Assembly: GCA_009103225.1 (NCBI GenBank)
Contig: RHPI01000193.1
Location: 216,294 to 280,293, forward strand
DNA from: Chlorokybus atmophyticus
Taxonomy: Eukaryota > Plantae > Mesostigma and Chlorokybus algae
Length of the DNA: 64,000 nt
Direction: 5' to 3'
Part shown: piece by piece, positions 36,770-48,738 of the stretch
How the letters are laid out: every line of letters starts with the position of its first letter
How positions within the stretch are numbered: position 1 is the stretch's first letter
The notes under the pieces: model-generated
Databases searched by the model: none
What the model was told of the DNA's origin: nothing
What the model saw: the letters and a program-made list of their open reading frames with translations, nothing else
Program-made: the position numbers and the translations under genes

Positions 36770-39290
36770 ATGAGGCTGATCAGGCCGCACCTCTACATTG
36801 GCGACATACTTGATGCCAATAACGTGGCTGAGATCCAACGCAGAGGCATACAGCATGTGCTGAGCATTGGCAACTTTGAGAATGCGGACATTCCGACCAT
36901 GCCAGGTGACTCGCTGCATTGCAGCTCTGTGCCATTGACGCCTATTAGGATGCTTCATTGCTTGCTTGCTGTTGCTTGCATTATCTGCTGCGTTGATTGC
37001 GTGCGTTCACTTGCTTACTTGCTCGTGGTGGCTGGGTTATGTGCTTTTGTTTGGCTAGCTGTCTTGTTAATGCTTACTTGCTTGCCTATTTGCTTGCTTA
37101 CTTGCATAATTGGGTACATGCGTGCATGCGTGCTTGTTAGCTCACCAGCTTGCTAGCTGACTGAGCAGCTGATTGACCACGTTCTATGCAGAGCCTATTC
37201 AACACTTGCGCATCCCGCTGTTGGACATGCCGAATGCAGATCTGCTGTCGCGGCTGCCCGAAGCAGTCAACTTTGTTGCGCAGGGCGTTGTTAAAGGCGG
37301 ATGTCTTGTGCATTGCCTTGCGGGAGTTTCCAGAAGGTGTGTCTTGTTGTGTGCATGGCATCTGCCAAGCCCAGGAGTAAGCATGCTAACACTGTTGCAT
37401 CGCTTGCAGTGCTTCCGTGATCTTAGCGTACATGATGAGAACGGAGCAGTTGGCTTTTGCTGGTGAGTCTGTGCTTGCCAATGTTGTGTCAGCAATGCAG
37501 TTGATGATGTTGTTTGTGGCTTTGGCTTTAAGTGATACTGCGGATCAGATGCATTGGAGTCAATGCGGCTGCGGCATTCTTGGGCTCAACCGAATCCTGG
37601 CTTCTGCAAGCAGGTATAATCAATGTTTGCACAGACTTCACAAGGCCTTTACAACTGTGTGTGCATGCGCGTGTGTATGCCTGTGTGTGCGTGCGTGCGT
37701 GCATGAATGACCATGCGCGCTCATGCATGCACGAGTGTGTGTATCCATCTCTCAACGTGCTGGTGCAGCTTGAACTCTGGGCGAAGATGGGTTATGACAT
37801 TGACGTGAAGCACCCAGAATTTCAGCAGTATACACTGGCATTGCTCAGTAAGTGACATTGATGTAGAATTCTGTAGTCTTGCAATGCGATGCCACATGAT
37901 TGTGTAAGCATTCGCACCTTCATGTGCTAAGGCACATGGCACTCCAGGGGACAGTTGGCGGGAGTGTGGCTCTGTGAGCAAGACGGTTCTCGCTAGCGAT
38001 CCTGGAAAGTTGAGTGTACTTGTAACCGAAGCAAGCGCATCAACCGCACGTGACGGCAGCGTGTCCACCTCAATGGAGGCAGTTGAAGCAAGCATCCAAG
38101 AGCCTGTAAAAGCTGCTGCTGCTGCTGCTGGCGTTGATGCAAGCAATACGAGCCAACAGCAGCGCGCGTCCACATTATTCCGCTGCAGGTCAGGCGGGCT
38201 TTTCTGCTTTTCGTGTGTTCGTGCACGTGCGTGTATGTGTGTGCGCGGGCTTGTGTGTGCGTGTGCGTCTTTTCATGGTTGGTTACTGAGCATTGGCAGC
38301 ACGCTTTAGGTTGTATTTTCGTCGGCTAGTCAGCTTGCGCCGGCTCTCTAAGAAACGTGCAGCTACAGCTACAGCACCGTAGTTTCTCCGCGGTCCTGCC
38401 GTGCTGTTGACTCCACAAAACCCAAGTTTTCTTAACGTACTGTGTCTTTCAACGATGGGCTTCGTGGCAAGTCAGCTGGCATGCCAGGTCAGTGCCCAGT
38501 TTCTGGCCTGCAGCTTTGCCTGTGCGTGTGTGTTGTTGTGTCTGTGCGTGTGTATTGTGCATAGGGGTTCCTTGTCCATTTTTAGGAAGTAGCAGTGAGT
38601 CTAGTGTAGCGATCAGTCTTTCGTATGGCAGTGATGTCACAGTCGGGTTAGCGTGCTTGTATCTGTTTTTTCCATACAAGTTGAGAAGGTTGGTTCCGGA
38701 GAGTTTCATTATCATTGCTGGCTTTGCATTGCAGGAAGTGCCGCCGGCTGTTGGCGTCAACAGACAATGCGGTTCCTCACGATCCTGGCGAAGGTTGGTT
38801 GCAATGGAGTCTTTATTATCAACACTTTCGCGAGTGCATTGGATGTTGACCGTGTGCTTCTGCTCAGGAACCGCATCATTCAAGTGGCACAAACAGGAGA
38901 GATCGCTATCGGCCTTAGGTATGTCATGGCACGCAGTGCATGTTGAGTACACATCACCACATGGCCTTCATCTGCTTGCTTGTTATGCAGGAATGCAATG
39001 TTCTTCCTATTTTTTGGAACCCATGCAATGGATGGCGGGCATCAATGATGGCCAAGTTGAGGGCAAACTCCTCTGTCCCAAATGCTCAACCCGGTTGGGC
39101 TCATACAAGTGGGCAGGCAAGTGATCTAAAGGGGATCCTGCTTGTTACCTGGTAGTGAATGTGTTATGTTATTGATCTTTGTGATGGGCTTACAGGAGAA
39201 CAGTGCAGTTGTGGCGCATGGGTGACGCCAGCGTTCATGCTTCACAAGAGCAAGCTTGATGAGTTGCCTGCAACCATTGCCTCCAGCTAG
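36770..39290 (+). CDS. Dual-specificity phosphatase with C-terminal zinc-binding domain (DUSP12/YVH1 type)
   Basis: HLYIGD, LLDMPNADL, catalytic VHCLAGVSR|S, QPNPGF; FRCR|KCRRLLA, CSSYFLEPMQWM, EGKLLCPKCSTRLGSYKWA|GEQCSCGAWVTPAFMLHKSKLD. Stop at 39288-39290. Confidence 0.95.
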
Positions 39291-39855
39291 TCGCTTGATG
39301 TAAAGACGTTGCAATGGCAGCAGATCTCTTGGTGCAATTGCAGTCGTTTTGTTCGTGCGTTCCTTCTGCAAGCACAGCACGTGTACGGCTACTTCATTAA
39401 CTTTGCAGGCTACAGAAGCACTTCTTTGCTGTTCATTTTCTTGCACAGTCCGCATGCCTTTATGCCGTACTTCAGCATGCACTTTCAGGATCAAGGACAC
39501 TGTTCTTCACTTACTCGTGTAGTGTACATGCATGCATCTCCTTTCATATCATGCCAGCCACACGAAGTGAGGAATGAAGAAAACTGTGCATCATACCAAC
39601 ATGGCTGCTTGGAGGCAAGGCGAGTGCGTGCACATCCTGATCCATTGCACACTGACATGATAGACACTAGTTGCACAGCATAGGGTGTAGGATTCCATCC
39701 AGCATAGCACGATGCACATGCCTCATGGCGTTGGTGTTATACCAGTGCTTAAGGAACCAAGCAAGAGGCTGCAAGAGGATGTGCATTGCCATATTGCGCT
39801 AGCATCGTGAGCCGTTCGAAGAGTTATTCACGGTTAGATTGGGTTTCGGAGCAAC

Positions 39856-41000
39856 TCAGAACGCTGAATATAACAATGGGGTTATGATGTCATGGACGAC
39901 ACGCAGGGAGTTCCCGTAAACCAACGAGTAAGGAAAACAATGCGGCCGGTCGATGCCGGCCGCGGCGTCAATAGCTTCTGACGCCACGCAATATTTGGCG
40001 GGCTTAAAGAGGCCAGCCGGGCGTAGAGACCGCCTCTTTGCGGGACTCGCCTGCGCAAGGCCTCCGGCCACCAACACACCACACTCAACACACGCACTCG
40101 CCCGCTCACAAACACATGTTCGCACAGCAGCATACCCCTTTCGCACACTCCCTCTTGTCCTGATGGAGTCTCTGATACGGGGTGATCCTTGGAACATCCT
40201 GCTGTGCAAGCAAGCAGCAACCTGGGTGGCCAATGCAGCAGCGAGTTGAATCTCTATTGGGCTCTCGACACGCAGGTGGGGATAGTGACCGCATGAAGCT
40301 GTAGTGCACTGAGCAGTCCACCAGCGCACAGTAGCATGCTAATTGCAAGCGTAAGAGTGAGAACGCTAACACTGTACATGTGCGCGGCACGTGTGTCTAT
40401 CGTATGCAGAATGCAACACATGTGTGTGGGTGTGTTCATGTGCAGTGTGCACATGTGTGCGCGAGTGCAATTGTGTGTGGATGAAAGCAATTGAGCTAGT
40501 CACAGTGCATATGACTACATCGCAATTCGTGCCTAATGACACCATTGGAACTCAGTCCGTGCACTGGCACCCCTATTTTCATTGCAGTGCTAATCACGTT
40601 TTACAACTCTCCCAAGTTCACGATCAATAACTCTCTTGGGCGGGCGCCAGCGTGCAACACATACGATATGCCAGGAGAGGGCACATCAACATTTACGGGT
40701 GGCTTTGAACAGAAACGGTAGGCTGCGATCCAATAGTTTAGTGCAATGACCCCTCTTTCATTCCAAAAGCACCGTAGTGCAAGCTAACTCTCAAAGTAAC
40801 AGTCAGACACCCAAGTTCCATCCTCGCTCCTTTCCTCCCCAGGCATGGTTGTTTGCAAGTGAAACAGCACCTTACCATGTTGTCTTTGTTGTCACCATCC
40901 TTGTCATCCTCGTTGTAACTGTGATCCTGCTTGACAGCGACAACCATGTGCATGTCGCCTTCAAGCTGGCCTTCTTCTTGCAAGCACGCACATGCACTGC
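39856..41000 (-). pseudogene. Unidentified decayed multi-exon gene
   Basis: AG/GT-bounded EEGQLEGDMHMVVAVKQDHSYNEDD (40876-40977), a segment with an in-frame TAA near 40600, and further exon-like frames. Family not recognised. Confidence 0.3.
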
Positions 41001-41914
41001 TTGTGACCATGTATGGCCACATCCGATATGTGCACGTGCACATGCATATAATACGTGAAGGCGTGTGCGCCATACATGGTGATCAATGGTGTTGACTGCC
41101 AGCAAGCCTGTCTGAGACACATACTACGTGTAGCCTCTTAAGTTGAAGTTATGAGGCTACACACAAATCGCAATGAGCGTACTTGCACTATGTATGTCGT
41201 GCCTTACCAATCAAGCAAGCATTAGGCAACTGCTTTTATGTCCGCGTAATGTTTCATGTTAAGGCATGACTTGGCACTTTTTAAGGCAGTTGGGGGACGC
41301 TTCCTCCCCCAACTTTAAGCTTTGGGCGTCTGTTCAAATTGCACGCACACACGCACGCACGCCTCTTGCATGATATGAGCACAAGTGACATCTACAATTT
41401 CAAAAAATCAATCACGTGCACCTGACTTGCATACACAGCCACAGTGCCAGCAAAGCTCACACACATACGGTATACAAGGGCGTGCATGCGTGCGGAAAGG
41501 TAAGCAGAGGCAAAGTGCAGAGGTATGGGAGAAGGAAAGTGGGACAGCCTGCGGTACGAGGGGTGTGAGTTCAGCTCTTGACAAGTGGGACGGGCAGTGT
41601 TGTGGCGTGCTGAGCCCCCCGCACCTTCTAATGCCCCTGTTGCTGCTGCCACCCCTCTGTCACAACAACAACACAAGCCTGCCTCGGCAGCTATGGTTAA
41701 TAGACAGCGCGTGTCGACCATGGAGGTTGGGCAGTACACTGCACAAGTGTCATGCACACCTCTGCAATCAGCAGAGGCAGGATCAGTCATCCCAATTAGC
41801 TACATCACACATTGCTATGCATTGATGGCATGTGTATATCTGACTCAGCATGTTCAACATAGTCTGCTCTGTAGCAAATATGCTGCAACAGTCCGCATAG
41901 AATAACAGCATTCA

Positions 41915-44900
41915 ATCACAAAGAGAACACATCACAGTCATGACCGACACTTTGCTGATCGATACGGGCCATGAAACGGTTGCCTCGCCGTCAGCGCCGC
42001 TGCACGTCAAAGGGCCTAGCGGCAAGCATCACGTCCACATTGCGCTCAACATTGGCGAGCACACGCAACTCCGTCACTGACACCACCTAAGGTACACATA
42101 AGATACGATCGCCATGATGATTGTGGTGTTGATGGTGTACATGATGAGGATGGAAGAGAGCGCATGCACAAGATGGTATCCACCTCAATAAGGATTTGGA
42201 AGGTGGCGGCTCCGCTGCGTTCCAAGCTGTGACTTCTTCTTGTCCCAACGTTGTCGTGCAGCCACATTGCCCACAGTAACAGCCTACAAGTTCAGTCAAT
42301 GAGTGGTCAACGAGATCGAGGGAATGCATACGCAAAAGCTTGTCAAGTACACACTCGTCGTAACTGGCTCAATGCATCAGCAACATACTCCCTCGGCATG
42401 CATGACTACAGCAACCTGATGTGCAATCCTGATCGGCATACTCGTGAAATGAACTGAATCACATGTGTACGATTGCTATGGTGCCCTGCACTGCTACAGG
42501 AACATACGCCAACAACCTGCGCAGTGCATGAACTGATGCAATCATCTCTTTCTCAGTATAATACGCACCTGAGGCCTCAACACAGGGTTCTTCAGCAGTC
42601 CAGACATGGAAAGTCTGTGCGCGGGCGCCACCATCGCAACGCCCCTCTGCGCAATCGTCTGAACTGCCTGCACTTCCCACTTGTTGCTGATTTCATCAAC
42701 AACGATGACCTGCAAGAAAGGTTCAACGATGAAGACAGTTGAAGATCCACTTGCGTGCTGGCATGCAGGAGCAAAGGTGTATGCATAGCAAGTTTGTTGC
42801 TGTTGTTGTTTCCTCCCACCTGAGGATTGTGGTTCTGTACAGCTCTATAAGGACATCATGCTGCAGCTGTCTGTCTCACAGGCATGCGTCGCGCTCGTCT
42901 TATGCAAGGGTGAGGTTCTTCCCCCGCGCCTGTTGAAGGAATGTATTGGCTCATGATGTGACCACACATACACGCACACACACATGCACCCGCACGCATG
43001 CGCGTGCACGCGCACACAACATCATCAGCGGCATGTGCCCAACAAGCAACCAACACATGTACCTGCAATCTCATTGGTCGTATCCACAACCATGACTCGC
43101 AGGCGCAAGGTCTCGGCTGTGATGCGCGCAACAACATCACGCAGCAGTGTTGTTTTGCCCACACCTGCGTGCTGATAACAGTCACATAACTCAACATTGC
43201 TTTCATGTTCATGCATCTCAATTCATGTGACAATATTCATGGTAGTACCTGGGGCTCTCAGCACAAGTATTGATCTTGGCATAGCACCAAGAGCAAGGCT
43301 CTGAGAGGTGGGCATAAGGCGGCTGATGAAGTCTATGATAATCTCCGCAGCACCGTGTATGTGTCGCCCTATGCGATATGTCAAGCCTTGAATCTGCATC
43401 TGCAATCGTTTCAGCAACGCACTTTTGTTAGACTCATTTGCAGCAGTGTGGTACCTTTTCAAGCCCTTGGATGGCTGATATGCGGTGCAGTGTGCCTGAC
43501 ACTCCAGCCCTATTTGCATTAGACAAGCGCACGCTATGGGATTGCAATGCTGCCACGGCCTCATCAACGCGCACGTCGTAATGCAGCTCATCCTCGCTGC
43601 CATCTGGTCACACATAAAGCTTTCTTTTTTAAATCAATGGTTGCCAACAATGCCACACCCACACCCTTACACGCACACACGCATGCGCGCACACACGCAC
43701 ATGTAGCAAGCCGCCTTGCCTGCCATGCGAAGTGCGGGACGGACCTGCCAATGTCCAGAACCACTTCCACCGCTGCGCTCGAAACCCGTGCAGCAGCCTC
43801 CACAACAGCTTCCGACACCCAGCAACATACACATCAACACGGTTGTAATAACACCTTCCATGCATAACCACATTCACAACACCAACACCAACTCTCTGTA
43901 CACAGCAACAGGCAGTAGGCAAAGACAGAGGTAAACTCTTACCCTAAGCACAGGAGGCAGCACTTGTAGCAAGCTGGCTACTTCTGGTGACTCTGAATGA
44001 GTCTCCTTCACATTCGCTTCAACATTGCTGCTAGTTGATGATGAGATGAACTCCCCTGATGTGGTCTGATACACTGCTGCAAAGGTCTCATTGAAGGTGA
44101 GTAACAAGTCTATGCCAGGAGGCGCGCACATGGCCGATGGCACGGCACTCGCAATCGCTGTCGGGTTGGTGCGTGCAGTGGTTTCATCAATGACACGTTG
44201 AGCGCAAGCCGTTATGAAGTCATCTTCCATGCGCTCAAATCAAGCAAGGAGGTGCCTCACATCGGCCGCTGCGTACGCTTTCTGCATGTCGGTGAGCGGG
44301 CGCTTGTCCCACGTGGAGTGGTCTATCGCCTTGTGGGTTAATCGGATCAGGTTGTGCATCTTTAACAGACTGCTGAGGCTCTTGCTTTGCAGCTGTGCTT
44401 GCTGTGAGCACACAAGTAAGCAACGGTTACACCATGCCCATCATATAAGTACACACAAAGCTTGCATTTTGCAATGCACACAGTGCAATATGTATAGTGT
44501 GTAGGGTGTGGTTGTCTGCTGGATGAGATTAACAGATGCGTACCTCATTGCTTAGCTGATAAAGGACCTTAGTGTCCACAACGTTGCGCATGCTGATGCC
44601 AAACTGCTGGTGCAATGCTGCAGCATGTGACCTTGCATCATGACACACCTGCAGTCAGTCACAGCGAGGTGTTGAGCACGCATGTTGCAGAGTTGAGTTG
44701 AGAGTGCACATGTTCACCTTGAGAATGTGATCGCTCTCCAACAACCAACGAAGTACTTACAGAACATTTCCAACGGATTGTGCCGCGATCAGGTCAAAGA
44801 GGTAGATCGTTTGCACACTGGAGTCAACATCGGTTGCAACCTGCGCATGGCATCAGGCAACATGTGGGCAGCACTCGCAGTGGCCACTACAGTCAGGCGC

Positions 44901-45910
44901 CTACAGTTGAGTGTACATATATACGACCGCTGTGTGCACACGTGTGTGTGCGTGCCTGCGTGCATACGCGATCGCATGTGCTTTTTCTACCAATGTATTT
45001 GATTGCACATGTCTGTAGGTGTGCATACACGCGCATACACGCGCGCGCGCACGTGTGCATACACACTCACACGCATGCATGCCAACTGTCATCCACTACA
45101 GCACGCACCTGTAGCAGACACGTCCGGCCACCTTTGTCCAAGTCTCTGCCTTTGCAAGCAACCGCAACCTCCAAAGACCTCTCAAGCCATTTGCAGGCAG
45201 AGTCACATCACCTTATCATCGCTGTCTATCAGCACCACGCGCGGCTCAGATGGTGATGAAGGCAGTGGTGGTAGCAGTGATGGTGGCTCCAGCATCACGG
45301 AAGAATTTGCTGCTTGTGACTCATTTGCTTCACCGTGCTTAGCATACAGCTGAAGCAACCTCCTTGCTGAGTGTAAAAACATGCTCAAGTCTTCTACCGA
45401 AAGGTTACGCGACTGCAGCAAAAGTTGTTCCAACGCGGCTGCTGCGGCTGCTTGCTTGGCTTTGTTTGCTTTGCGAGCGTGGCCGACGCCAATTATGAGC
45501 TGCATTCGTGCAGCGGTGGTTTTGGGTTTAAGTACAGCTGTGGCCGAATGCGTGTATGGTTGAGTGCTGCTGTCTTGCATTGTGATGATGTCTACGCGTT
45601 GGTCCTGGCCCTCAAACACACGTAGAAGCATAAGAGGAGTGCATGCTTGGCTCTTCCCACCTTTCTGCACAAGCAATGAGTTGTCAACATTATCTCTCAT
45701 GTGTAAGTTAACATGGCAGGGCGCCTTACCCAACTGAGCTGCTGCATCAAGAATGCCGCACGCGGGAAGTCGCGCCAAGACCTGGGCTCGTTGTCTAGCG
45801 CTGAGTTGTCTCGCAGGTGTACATTATCAGTAGCCATGTGCATGAGCTTCAATGCCTCACTGGCTTTAAGCAGCAGTTGTGAAATCTTGTTGCCAAGCTT
45901 GGCACCTGCT
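41915..45910 (-). pseudogene. Copy A: dsRBD-like domain + inactive DEDDy-type 3'-5' exonuclease + SpoIIIAA/Ycf45-like P-loop ATPase, multiply disabled
   Basis: GVGHARKANKAKQAAAAAALEQL; VAVACKG...CLLQV; HDARSH; YAAADV; NRAGVSGTLHRISAI; GVGKTTLLRD; DTTNEIAG; VIVVDEIS. Frameshifts near 45210 and 42875, premature TGA at 41991-41993. Confidence 0.88.
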
Positions 45911-48738
45911 GAAATGGGCAAGTGCTGTTGAGCACATTATTACTTGCGTGAACAAGAGTAGTAACGATGGCGACAGCTGTGCGTATAAGGGCATCACGTG
46001 TGTATGCATAAGCGTGTGTCTGTACATGTGCGTGCACAAGCGTGCGCTTGCATGTGCTTGCATTTGCTCAAGGGCGATTGGCATCAAAAAGGTGATCCAG
46101 AGCATGCGTAGTGAAATGCAACTGAATGTGTGCATGAATGCGCCCAATTGCACCGCTGTGCTGCTCACAACTTCGCTCCTTTATAGCAGTTTGCATGCAT
46201 AAGCAGCTGTTAAGTGAACAATTGATGCAAGTCAGCAACACACGTACCAACCACGCTTTTTCAACCCACAAACCTGTTCCACAGCAGCAGTCCGTTTAAC
46301 ATTGACAGCTGGCCTCCACCACCCTCAGAATCACAAGGGTAGGGCGCCAGCGGTGTACATTGACAGCGCTCTCCATTTTGTTGCATCCATCCAAGCTTCT
46401 TGGCTGATCAGCAACCGTTGCACCCATCCAAGCTCAAGCTCAAGCTGGCACAAGCTCTCACAGCAAGACACAAGTTGCCCGCCTTTTCCTCCCGAGCTTG
46501 CCGGCGAGTAAGGCAGCACCTTGCCGCTGGTCACCCTCGCCATCGTCGCCGCCGTCGTCGTCTCTGTCCGAGCTTGCCTACTCCGCCCAAGACTGCCGCC
46601 TCCCAACCCTTCAGCAAGCATGCCACTGGTTGCTTGCATTGTCAGTGGTCAAGCTTATGTGCTCGAGCTTAAGCTTCAAGTTGCTTCAGCTTGAGCTGGC
46701 GCTTACTAACACTGATCCAGCAGCAGACAGCAAGCTTGAGCTGAAGCAGACTGAGCGCCCGTTTGAATATTGGTTTGATGTTGCATCATCATCTTCAGCA
46801 GCAGCAGCTATGTTGCAGCGATCCTGTGAAGCTTATGCTGGTGCTGTCTTACTTGCAGGCAAGCATGCGGGGTTGGGAGGCGAGGGAGAGCAGGGAACTG
46901 TAGTTGTGTCTTAGTCGGCAAGCTGGAGCGTGAGTTTTGCACTGAGGGGCTTATTGAATAAAGAGTGGTCATTGCACTCAACTAGCAGCCTACCCCTGTT
47001 GTTGGAAGTCAGCTATCTGTTGTTAACTTGACCTCTCCCGGCAAACTGGTGGTTATGTATGTGTTGGACGCTGCCGTCAACACGGAAATGTTGTTAGTGG
47101 ACAGCACAAGTAAGACGTGGGCACGAGATGTGAGTTGAGGTAATCTTTTTGACCCACACATACACACCCATTGCGCATGCACGCGCGCACACTGTGCACA
47201 TGCATGCACACGCACACGCACACGCACACGCACACACACGTGCATTGAGTGCTGTCTGCATACCACGACAGACAAATGTGCTGGGCTAACCAGTGCACAT
47301 TACTACAGCTAAAGCCCAATCCAAATTTGGTTTTCTACATGTCCCACTGTTGCAGCATCTGGTGGTGCGTTTAACAGGTTTACCAACGTGAGACCATACC
47401 CATTAACGCGCAATCTGCGAAGGACAAGAAACACTCATGTTCTTGCTACTACACATGTTCGCGTTCATCCGTGCACGCACGCAGCCTGTCGGCTGCAGTC
47501 GAGCCTGCAAGAACTCGCACATGCAAATTGGAGCACGCAATTGGCAGCAGCTGGGGTGGAGTTGCAGCAAAACCGAGCCAGAAGAATTTGAAAATAACTC
47601 CTTTCTAACTTGCCTGATAAAGAAAGGGCTGCAACAGTGATGTGTGTGCGCATGTGCGCTTGTAGTTCTGGACTGTGTAGTAGAAGAACGTTGGCAGGCG
47701 TCCCATGCTTCCCCCCTATGGCGCACATGGTAGCTTGATGCATGTGTGTGCGTGTGTGTGCGTGCTCGCGCACGCTTATGCGCTTGTGTGCATGCGCACG
47801 TATGCGCATGTGGCTGTGCATGCGCTCATGTGCATATGTATCTGCGCGCGTGTGTATCGAAAATGTCAAGGATAAAGTGTACACACAATGCGCTACGTCG
47901 TTGCTCATGCATAGTGTCATTCATCACGCATGCATCGGAACAGCACGCAGTCCGCACTTACTCTCCTATATATTCCACCATCGGGCTATACTACAATACG
48001 TACATTACTACCTACACCACCACCCCGTTAGTCATGCAAGTTATACATGCATCACAATGTAACCTGCAGCAAGCAAGCAAGCATGAGTCGCAGCGTCAGT
48101 ACTGGTAGGCCGACAGCAGTATTTGCGCGCGCGAGCATGCAGCGTGTGAATGTGTTCTGCTTGCCCTTGCGAAGTCTACATGCCTGCCTCCCCTTTGCCC
48201 CACTACATGCGCCTAGGTAGAGCACAGAGACATAGGTTGTGCCTTAATTGATTTGCTTGTGAGCGTGTTGCTGTATATAAGGGGTATGGTACGGTGTGTG
48301 CCTGTGCGTGCGTAAGCGCAGGCGTGTGTGTGGCAATGCAAAAGTTAATGCGCACACGCACAGATAGCACTCAGCACACTGCACCCAGCACTTGTGTGTA
48401 CAGCAAATGCAAGTGATCATGATACATGCAACATGCATGACACATGCCTTGTTCACCAAGCTCATCATCATGCAATGATTATTTACCACGTAACTATCGT
48501 AACTACTGCCTTCAACCCCCATCAGACATACATGCATGCATTTGCTCATTACCTGTACACAAGGCGTCGTGTGTTTAGTGCATATGTCACATTGGTCAGC
48601 CTGTATAGAACACCAATACCAGCAAAGCTCACACGCAGAGTTAAATGCAGTCAGCTCTATAGCAAACATGCTGCAGCCTTGAACAACATTACCGTCCATT
48701 CACATAGAAAAACCATCATAGCCATGACTGACGCTGCG

